From Gemmatimonadota bacterium (GTDB lineage: Bacteria; Gemmatimonadota; Gemmatimonadetes; Longimicrobiales; Gaopeijiaceae): a stretch of 14,541 nucleotides of DNA. The notes beneath the pieces were generated by a model that saw only the letters and a list, made by a program, of their open reading frames with translations, did no database searches and had not been told where the DNA came from. Positions 7,942 to 14,541 of this stretch are shown one piece after another. Each line of letters opens with the position of its first letter. Position 1 is the first letter of the stretch. Both the position numbers and the translations under genes were made by a program. Location: positions 1 through 14,541 of the forward strand of contig JBDHHQ010000143.1 of NCBI GenBank assembly GCA_039589315.1, read 5' to 3'.

Positions 7942-8424
7942 ATGCGCAGTGCTTTCTGGGTTCTTCCGCTCGTCGGGCTGGCCATCGCGGTTCCCAACGA
8001 GGCCGAAGCCCAGTTCTTTCTCGGCGGACACGCCGCGTACACGACGTATCAGGATGGAGGCTGGGGGGGCGGCGCCCGCGCCGGGTTGGATATCCCCGTG
8101 CTTCCCCTCGACATCATGGGCGCGGTCGAGCTCTTCTCCCCCTCCTGCCCCGAGGGACGTGACGGTTGCTCGCTGTGGGGCGCCAGCCTCGATGCCAACC
8201 TCAGGCTGCCCATCCCCCTGGTGCGCCCGTACATCACCGGCGGGCTGTCGTACCGGGACGGGGACCGTGGCGGCGAGCTGGGTTCCGCCAGCGAGTCCGG
8301 TCTGAACCTGGGCCTGGGCGTCGATGTGAACCTGGGGATTCGGATCTTCGCCGACTGGCGCTACGAGTTCCTGGGCGAGTTCGAAGAGGGGCTGCTCCGG
8401 GCGGGTCTCAACTTCAACCTCTGA
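7942..8424 (+). CDS. Small outer-membrane beta-barrel protein (OmpA/OmpW-like, 160 aa)
   Basis: The ATG follows SD GAGGT. Signal peptide ending AEA-Q, alternating beta-strand patterns (GGGARAGLD, RPYITGGLSY, GLNLGLGVDV, IFADWRYEF) and a terminal strand AGLNFNL. Confidence 0.82.
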   Translation: MRSAFWVLPLVGLAIAVPNEAEAQFFLGGHAAYTTYQDGGWGGGARAGLDIPVLPLDIMGAVELFSPSCPEGRDGCSLWGASLDANLRLPIPLVRPYITGGLSYRDGDRGGELGSASESGLNLGLGVDVNLGIRIFADWRYEFLGEFEEGLLRAGLNFNL

Positions 8425-8567
8425 CCCGAACCCGTGAACGACTCGGAATCCGCGCAGCGGGAGGTGCGCCCGGCCAGGACGGCGGGCCCGACGGGCACGG
8501 GCACCTCACGGTGCCGGAAGCGGAGGCTCCACTGCAAGGGCGGTCCGATCCAGAGTCAGCGTTCCCA

Positions 8568-11009
8568 GTGCGCATTCTGAAGTTCGGCGGGACCTCTCTG
8601 GCGACCCCCGAGCGGGTGGAGGCCGTCTGCGCCCTGGTGGCCGAGGCGATCGCTCGCTGCCCGATCGTGCTCGTGGTCTCAGCCCTCGGGGGCGCCACTG
8701 ATCAGTTGGCGGCATCGGCCGAATATGCTGCGTCAGGTGATCAGCGCTATCTGGATATCATCCAGTCGGTTATGAATCGTCACCTCGACGCCGTCGGGGC
8801 GCTGGTGGCGACCGAAGAGCGGTCGTCCCTAACGGATGGCATCGAGTCCCTGGGTGGGGACCTGGGGGATCTGCTCCACGGCGTCTCCCTTGTCCGGGAG
8901 TGCTCGCCCCGAGTGTGGGACAGCGTCCTCAGCTTCGGCGAGCGCCTCGCTGCGCCGTTGGTGGCGGCGGCGTTGCGAAGGACCGGCGTCCAGGCGGACC
9001 CGTGCGACGCGCGTGAGCTCATCATCACCGACGCCACGTTCGGAAACGCCTGGGTCGACGTCGAGGAGACGTACGGCCGTGTCCGCGCCCATTTCCAGGC
9101 CTCCACTCCCCTGCAAGTCGTTACCGGCTTCATCGCCGCCACGCCTCGGGGCGAGACCACGACGCTCGGCCGAAGCGGTTCGGACTACACGGCCACGCTG
9201 CTCGGTGCAGCCCTGGCAGCCGACGAGGTGGAGGTGTGGACCGACGTCGACGGCGTTATGAGCGCCGATCCCCGCATCGTGCCCGAGGCGTTCTCCCTGG
9301 AAGCCCTGAGCTATGAAGAGCTCATGGAGCTGTCGCACTGGGGAGCCCGGGTCATGCACCCGGCTTCGGTCCGGCCGGCGCGGGAAGCGGGCATCCCCCT
9401 GCGCATCCGCAACACCTTCAACCCCGAGTTCGCGGGGACCCGCGTCGTGCCCGAGCCCCGGGCCAGCGACGGTCACCCGGTCCGGGGCATCGCCTCCGTC
9501 AACGCGGTCGCGCTCATGAGGCTCGAGGGCGCCGGTCTCCAGGGCGTGCCCGGCATCGCCCAGCGTCTGTTCGGAGCCCTGGCCAGGGACCGGATCAGCG
9601 TCATCCTCATCACGCAGGCCTCCAGCGAGCGCTCCATCTGCTTCGCGGTGGAGCCCGCCGACCTGGAGCGGGCATCGGAGATGATCCGCAAGGAGTTCGC
9701 CCTGGAGCGGAAGGCCGGTCTGGTGGACGACGTGGACGTGGAAGCGTCGTGCTCCGTGATCGCGGCCGTGGGCGAGGGAATGCGAGAGGTGCCAGGGATA
9801 TCGGGACGGGTCTTCGGTGTGTTGGGTCACCACCGCATCAACGTGCGGGCCATCGCCCAGGGCTCGTCCGAGCTGAACATCTCGTTGGTCGTAGGCCAGG
9901 GTGACGAGGAGCGGGCGCTCCGGGCGATCCACGCCGCCTTCTTCGAGGAGGCCGGCAGCGGACAGCTGTTTGTGGCCGGCGTGGGCCGGGTGGGTGCCGC
10001 GTTCCTGGATCAGCTCTGCGCCCAGTCCGCGGCCCTGAACAGCCGAGGGGTCGAGCTCAGACTCGCCGGGGTCTCGAGGAGCAGCGTCGCCGCCCTGCGC
10101 CGTGGAGGCCTGGACCTGGGAGAGTGGCGCGGCGAGGTGGACGCTGGGGGGCACGACTTCGCGCAGATGGTGGAGGCGGCCCTGGCCAGCGGGCACCCCC
10201 ACCGGATCTTCGTGGATTGCACGGCAAGCCCCCATGTCGCGGACCAGTACGAGCGGCTCCTGGCCGACGGTGCAGCGGTGGTAGCCGCGAACAAGCTGGC
10301 CTTCTCCGGCGGCGGTAGCCGGTTCCAGGAGCTGCGCCGCCTCGGAGACCAGGGCATGGGCCTCTACTTCGAGACCACGGTCGGCGCCGGCCTGCCTGTA
10401 CTTCGGACCGTCGAAGACCTGGTGGCCACGGGCGACACGGTCCGGCGCATCGAAGGGCTGTTGTCGGGCACGCTGGGGTTCCTCTTCCACCGCGTCATGG
10501 AGGGCGCCCTGTTCAGCGAGGCCCTCCGGGAGGCGGACGCGAAGGGCTTCACGGAGCCCGACCCGAGGGACGACCTGAGCGGCCGCGACGTCGCCCGCAA
10601 GCTGGTGATCCTGGGACGGGTGGCCGGCATGACGCTCGAGCCCGACGACGTGGCCATCGAGCCCCTTCTGCCCACCTCACCCTGGAGCACCGGTACCGTG
10701 GAGGCCTTCTGGGCGGGCATCCACGAGGTCGACGATCACTTCGAGTCGCTGCGGCGGCGAGCGGCCGAACAGGGTGACTTCCTCTGCTACCTGGGCCGGA
10801 TCGAGGAGGGCACGGCGTCAGTGGGATTGACCGTGTTGCCTCCGGACCATCCGTGCGCGGGCCTGGGCGGCAGCGACAACCTGGTGGCGGTCACCACCAG
10901 TCGTTACGCGGACACACCACTGGTGGTGCGGGGCCCGGGTGCAGGGCCCGAGGTCACCGCCGCGGGCGTCTTCGCAGACGTGCTCAGGGCGTTGGCGGAG
11001 GCCACGTGA
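8568..11009 (+). CDS. thrA: Bifunctional aspartate kinase / homoserine dehydrogenase
   Basis: Kinase motifs RILKFGGTS, VVSALGGATD, TTTLGRSGSDYTA and VWTDVDGVMSADP; two ACT domains (ITQASSERSI, AIAQGSSELNIS); dehydrogenase motifs GVGRVG, FETTVGAGLP, GFTEPDPRDDLSG and GPGAGPEVTA. GTG at 8568 matches the family N-terminus; GTG at 8511 is an alternative. Confidence 0.96.
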   Translation: MRILKFGGTSLATPERVEAVCALVAEAIARCPIVLVVSALGGATDQLAASAEYAASGDQRYLDIIQSVMNRHLDAVGALVATEERSSLTDGIESLGGDLGDLLHGVSLVRECSPRVWDSVLSFGERLAAPLVAAALRRTGVQADPCDARELIITDATFGNAWVDVEETYGRVRAHFQASTPLQVVTGFIAATPRGETTTLGRSGSDYTATLLGAALAADEVEVWTDVDGVMSADPRIVPEAFSLEALSYEELMELSHWGARVMHPASVRPAREAGIPLRIRNTFNPEFAGTRVVPEPRASDGHPVRGIASVNAVALMRLEGAGLQGVPGIAQRLFGALARDRISVILITQASSERSICFAVEPADLERASEMIRKEFALERKAGLVDDVDVEASCSVIAAVGEGMREVPGISGRVFGVLGHHRINVRAIAQGSSELNISLVVGQGDEERALRAIHAAFFEEAGSGQLFVAGVGRVGAAFLDQLCAQSAALNSRGVELRLAGVSRSSVAALRRGGLDLGEWRGEVDAGGHDFAQMVEAALASGHPHRIFVDCTASPHVADQYERLLADGAAVVAANKLAFSGGGSRFQELRRLGDQGMGLYFETTVGAGLPVLRTVEDLVATGDTVRRIEGLLSGTLGFLFHRVMEGALFSEALREADAKGFTEPDPRDDLSGRDVARKLVILGRVAGMTLEPDDVAIEPLLPTSPWSTGTVEAFWAGIHEVDDHFESLRRRAAEQGDFLCYLGRIEEGTASVGLTVLPPDHPCAGLGGSDNLVAVTTSRYADTPLVVRGPGAGPEVTAAGVFADVLRALAEAT

Positions 11010-11959
11010 GCGGCGGCCCGAAGGTTCGGGTCTTTGCCCCGGCCACGGTGGGCAACGTGATCTGCGGCTTCGACGTGTTCGGGCTGGCACTGGAGGCCCC
11101 GGGCGACGAGGTCGTGGCCTGGCCGGTGGATCGGCCAGGCGTGGAGATCCGGACCATCACCGGCGACGACGGCCGACTCCCCACAGCGCCCGGCCGCAAT
11201 GCCGCCAGCGTTGCGGCGCAAGCCGTCCTGGACCGGGTGAGCGCTGCTCACGGGCTCCTGCTGGAGATCCACAAGGGGCTCCCCCTCGCCAGCGGCATGG
11301 GGGGAAGCGCCGCGTCCTCGGTGGCGGGCGCCGTGGCGGCCACGGCGGCTGTCGGCGCGGAGCTGGACCGCCCTACCGTGCTGGCGTGCGCCCTCGAGGG
11401 AGAGCGAGCGGCGGTGGGCTCGGCCCATCCCGACAACGCCGCTCCCTGTCTCTACGGTGGTCTGACCCTGACGCTCCCGGGCCAGCCGATCGAGGTGGTG
11501 GAGCTTCCCCTCCCCCCGGGGTTGGCGGTCGCGCTGGTCCACCCCCCGCTGGAGCTGGAGACCGCGGCGGGACGGCAGGCGTTGGGAGCCAGCATCTCCC
11601 TCGAGGCGGGCGTGGCCCAGTGGGCCGCCACCGCGGCGCTGGTCGCGGGGCTCTACCGGGAGGATCTGGCGCTCATCTCGCGGGCGCTGGTGGATCACGT
11701 AGCCGAGCCGGTCCGCAAGGCCGGCGTGCCGGGCTTCGACGGCGTGCGGGCGGCGGCACTGGACGCCGGAGCGCTGGGTGCGGGCCTCTCCGGCTCCGGC
11801 CCGTCGGTGTTCGCGCTGTGCCCGTCGGTCGACGTGGCGGAGCGGGCCGGGGCCGGCATGGCGGAGGCGCTGGCGGAGGCCGGCGTGGCCGGCTCGGACG
11901 TGTATGCCGGCCCGGTGGGAAGAACCGGCGCCCGCATCACCGAGGAGGGCTCACCATGA
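11006..11959 (+). CDS. thrB: Homoserine kinase (GHMP family)
   Basis: GTGA overlap with the thrA stop. Motifs FAPATVGNVICGFDVFG, KGLPLASGMGGSAAS, HPDNAAPCLYGG and GLSGSGPSVFA. Confidence 0.95.
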   Translation: MSGGPKVRVFAPATVGNVICGFDVFGLALEAPGDEVVAWPVDRPGVEIRTITGDDGRLPTAPGRNAASVAAQAVLDRVSAAHGLLLEIHKGLPLASGMGGSAASSVAGAVAATAAVGAELDRPTVLACALEGERAAVGSAHPDNAAPCLYGGLTLTLPGQPIEVVELPLPPGLAVALVHPPLELETAAGRQALGASISLEAGVAQWAATAALVAGLYREDLALISRALVDHVAEPVRKAGVPGFDGVRAAALDAGALGAGLSGSGPSVFALCPSVDVAERAGAGMAEALAEAGVAGSDVYAGPVGRTGARITEEGSP

Positions 11960-12024
11960 AGCCGGTGGGCACTCGCCCGATGACGCTCGCGGCCACGCGC
12001 CCGAGGCCGCAGGGCGGCCCGTGA
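11956..12024 (+). CDS. Putative 22-aa bridging micro-ORF (MKPVGTRPMTLAATRPRPQGGP)
   Basis: Strong SD GAGGAGG at 11942-11948. The ATG overlaps the thrB stop (ATGA) and its own stop overlaps the thrC start (GTGA). Confidence 0.4.
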   Translation: MKPVGTRPMTLAATRPRPQGGP

Positions 12025-13322
12025 GGTTGGTGAGCACCCGGGGCCAGGCCCCACCGACGAACCTGCGATCCGCCGTGCTCCGAGGCCTGGCGCCCGACGG
12101 TGGGCTGTACATGCCCGAGCCGCTCGTGCCCGTCAGTTCGGACGGCCTGGCCGGGCTCCGGGACACCGGGCTCAGCGAGGTAGCCCTGGCGCTCTCCGGC
12201 CACCTGTTCGGCGATGAGTTGGACGAGCCCACGCTGCGTGGAATCGTGGAGTCGGCCCTGGACTTCCCGATCCCTCTGGTCGTCCTGAGCGACGGCGCCC
12301 TCGTGCTGGAGCTGTTCCACGGGCCGACCCTGGCGTTCAAGGACGTGGGGGCCCGCTTCATGGCACGGCTGGTCGCGCATTTCACCCGGAACGACGACCG
12401 GCCTCTGACCATCCTTGCGGCCACGTCCGGGGACACTGGGAGCGCGGTGGCCCATGCGTTCCTGGGCATGGACAACGTCCGCACCGTGGTGCTCTTCCCG
12501 GACGGGAAGGTGAGCCCCCTTCAGGAGCGGCAGTTCACGACGCTGGGAGGCAACGTTCACGCCCTGGCCGTCCACGGGGTGTTCGACGACTGCCAACGGC
12601 TGGTCAAGGGCGCGTTCGCCAACGACGAGCTGTCGCGGCGTATGCGGCTCACGTCGGCAAACTCCATCAACGTGGGCCGACTCTTCCCCCAGATCTTCTA
12701 CTACGTTCACGCCTGGGCCCAGCTCCCGGCGGACGCGCCGGCGCCACTGTTCGCCACGCCGTCGGGCAACTTCGGCAACCTCGCCGCGGGCCTGCTTGCG
12801 CACCGCCTGGGCATGCCGGCCCGGCGATTCGTCGCGGCCACCAACGTCAACGACGTGGTGCCGGAATACCTGGTCACGAGCAGGTACGCACCGCGGCCGT
12901 CGATCCAGACTGTCTCGAACGCCATGGACGTGGGCGCTCCCAGCAACTTCGCCCGTATCGAGGCCCTCTATGACAGCGAGGTGGACGCCATCCGCCAGGA
13001 CGTTCTGGGGAGTGCGCACACCGACGCGCAGACGCGAAGCCGGATCGCCCATGTCTACCGCCGAGACGGCTACGTGCTGGATCCCCACACCGCGGTGGGA
13101 CACCTGGGGTTGGACGAAGGACGCACTCGACATCCGAGCGCCACGCCGATCCTCCTCGCCACCGCCCATCCCGCCAAGTTCCGAGAGGTCGTGGAGCCCG
13201 AGATCGGCGCGCCCGTCGCGCTCCCTCCCCGCCTGGCCGCGTGTCTCGAGCGGGACCGCCACGTCACCGACCTCCCGCCACAGGACGAGGCGCTCACCGA
13301 GGTTCTGCTCGGCCTCGAGTGA
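12021..13322 (+). CDS. thrC: Threonine synthase
   Basis: Family N-terminus (M)RLVSTRG, GLAPDGGLYMP, PLP-lysine motif ELFHGPTLAFKDVG, ATSGDTGSAVA, SANSINVGRL, PSGNFGNL and LATAHPAKF. Confidence 0.96.
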   Translation: MRLVSTRGQAPPTNLRSAVLRGLAPDGGLYMPEPLVPVSSDGLAGLRDTGLSEVALALSGHLFGDELDEPTLRGIVESALDFPIPLVVLSDGALVLELFHGPTLAFKDVGARFMARLVAHFTRNDDRPLTILAATSGDTGSAVAHAFLGMDNVRTVVLFPDGKVSPLQERQFTTLGGNVHALAVHGVFDDCQRLVKGAFANDELSRRMRLTSANSINVGRLFPQIFYYVHAWAQLPADAPAPLFATPSGNFGNLAAGLLAHRLGMPARRFVAATNVNDVVPEYLVTSRYAPRPSIQTVSNAMDVGAPSNFARIEALYDSEVDAIRQDVLGSAHTDAQTRSRIAHVYRRDGYVLDPHTAVGHLGLDEGRTRHPSATPILLATAHPAKFREVVEPEIGAPVALPPRLAACLERDRHVTDLPPQDEALTEVLLGLE

Positions 13323-13340
13323 CGAGGGCCTGTGCCGCCA

Positions 13341-13370
13341 TTGACCTGGAACGGCCGGGTTGGGTAAGGT
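13341..13370 (+). promoter_or_regulatory. Candidate sigma70-type promoter for the ZIP transporter gene
   Basis: TTGACC-N18-TAAGGT in the thrC-ZIP spacer, about 50 nt upstream of the TTG start. Confidence 0.4.
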
Positions 13371-13423
13371 CCTCGCGCATGACTCTCGATGGGTTACCCC
13401 GCGTCCGCTGACTCCTGGGCCCT

Positions 13424-14203
13424 TTGGAGCTTTCAGAACTTCTTCTCGTCACCTTCCTGGCCGCCCTGGCGACCGACTTCGCTACGGGTCTCGGGGCGGT
13501 ACCGTTCTTTCTCATCCCCGACCTGTCGGACCGATTCAAGGCGCTCTTCACGGGTGCGGCGGCGGGCATGATGACCACCGCCTCCGTGCTTCAGCTCCTG
13601 GGAGCCGCCACGGCCCTGGCACCGCGGTGGGACATCTGGCAGGTGGGTCTGGGTCTTGCCGCCGGCGGCGTGTTTCTGCGCCAGACCTCTCGGTGGGTGG
13701 AGGGCAACGACGGCCTGGACATCGGCGGGTTACGTCGAAAGGGCGGGAGGACCGCTCTGCTCATCGTAGCCACCATGACCCTCCATTCCCTGCCCGAGGG
13801 TGTGGCCATCGGGGTCGCCTACGGTGGCGCTGGCGAGACGGGGTCGACCGCCCTCGGCTTGAGCGTCGCCCTGGCGCTCGCTGTCCATAACATTCCCGAG
13901 GGCGTGGCCATCACGGTTGCGCTGCGAGGCCGTGGAATCTCGACCCTCGCCTGCATGGGGTGGGCCATCATCTCCAGCCTGCCCCAGCCCCTGGCGGCTC
14001 CCTTTGCGGCGTGGGCCATCTGGCTGTTCGAGCCCCTCCTGCCCGCCGGCCTCGGCTTCGCCGCCGGTGCCATGATGTACCTGGTGATCGCGGAGCTTCT
14101 ACCCGAGGCGTATCCGGAAGCTGGACGAGACGGGACCGCGGTGGCGTTCGGCGTGGGACTGATGGGAATGCTGGTGCTGAACGGCTTCCTGGGAGTCGGC
14201 TAG
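13424..14203 (+). CDS. zupT: ZIP family (ZupT/GufA) divalent metal transporter
   Basis: Multiple TM helices, ATGLGAVP, AAGMM, metal-site motifs TLHSLPEGVAIGV and AVHNIPEGVAI, and LGFAAGAMMYLVIAELLPEA. Confidence 0.92.
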   Translation: MELSELLLVTFLAALATDFATGLGAVPFFLIPDLSDRFKALFTGAAAGMMTTASVLQLLGAATALAPRWDIWQVGLGLAAGGVFLRQTSRWVEGNDGLDIGGLRRKGGRTALLIVATMTLHSLPEGVAIGVAYGGAGETGSTALGLSVALALAVHNIPEGVAITVALRGRGISTLACMGWAIISSLPQPLAAPFAAWAIWLFEPLLPAGLGFAAGAMMYLVIAELLPEAYPEAGRDGTAVAFGVGLMGMLVLNGFLGVG

Positions 14204-14210
14204 GAGGCCC

Positions 14211-14540
14211 TCAGTCGAGCCAGCTCGGAGCGGGATTCCGCTTCAGGTAGAAGGCCACACCAGCCCAATCGCTCTCGGCCCCGAAGCAGTCGAAGTAACG
14301 CTCCACTCGATCGCCGTCGGCGTGCTGGCTCAGGTGCTGCCTGACTGCCTCGTTGTATCGCGCCGCGTCGTCCTCGTCCCCGCGGTCCATCGCCGCCTTC
14401 ACCCGCATCGTGAGCTCGCGCAGGCGTTCCCGCATCTGGCCCACCCGGTCCGCCGGGTCGTGATGCAAGCCGAAGTGCGTCACACCAACCCGTTCCGGAG
14501 CGACCGCCAGGATCTCGTCCAGGGTGTGGGGCCACGCCTC
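14211..14540 (-). CDS. C-terminal part of a probable MBL-fold metallo-hydrolase (5'-truncated by the window edge)
   Basis: The frame is open to the window end and reads EAWPHTLDEILAVAPERVGVTHFGLH..., matching the W..(S/T)L..I....P....THFG final His motif of MBL-fold hydrolases, followed by a helical tail ...SDWAGVAFYLKR. The HxHxDH motif is not in the window. Confidence 0.65.
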   Translation of the reverse strand, partial: EAWPHTLDEILAVAPERVGVTHFGLHHDPADRVGQMRERLRELTMRVKAAMDRGDEDDAARYNEAVRQHLSQHADGDRVERYFDCFGAESDWAGVAFYLKRNPAPSWLD

Positions 14541-14541
14541 G

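Noticed and set aside
8166..8567. Apparent 134-aa N-terminal extension or fusion on ThrA
   Set aside because: It overlaps the beta-barrel gene in another frame; stop-poor GC-rich read-through.
8829..13262. Long antisense ORFs (8829-10490, 10904-11698, 11937-13262; similarly 6845-7915)
   Set aside because: Shadow ORFs opposite well-conserved genes, expected from high-GC codon bias, with no recognisable motifs.
13319..13411. GTGA overlap at the thrC stop opening a 30-aa ORF in frame with the ZIP gene
   Set aside because: It stops 12 nt before the ZIP start without overlap and has no convincing SD. The spacer has its own candidate promoter, so chance is likely.
13323..13423. Zur/Fur box or metal riboswitch upstream of the ZIP transporter
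   Set aside because: No AT-rich palindrome or recognisable riboswitch consensus is visible.
1..14541. CRISPR array, tRNA/rRNA, IS element or defence system
   Set aside because: No regularly spaced identical repeats, RNA gene signatures, or transposase/integrase/nuclease motifs were seen.

Overview
GC-rich bacterial window. The protein styles are reminiscent of Gemmatimonadota, which is an inference only. In order it holds: the 3' part of an error-prone DNA polymerase gene (dnaE2) with a long low-complexity C-terminal extension; a convergent pair of minus-strand accessory genes (a Cys-rich lipoprotein and a 3-TM/TolB-like/TPR membrane protein); a plus-strand run of D-glycerate dehydrogenase/glyoxylate reductase, TtuD/MOFRL glycerate kinase, a small outer-membrane beta-barrel, thrA-thrB-thrC and a ZIP metal transporter; and the 3' end of a convergent probable MBL-fold hydrolase. 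I found no RNA genes, CRISPR arrays or mobile elements. Most of the content is ordinary metabolism. The most unusual signals are (i) micro-ORFs that bridge two gene junctions through chained 4-nt ATGA/GTGA stop-start overlaps, (ii) near-palindromic repeats translated inside the DnaE2 tail, (iii) a Thr-clustered uORF overlapping the thrA start, and (iv) the uncharacterised lipoprotein/TPR pair. These are hypotheses, not an established new system.
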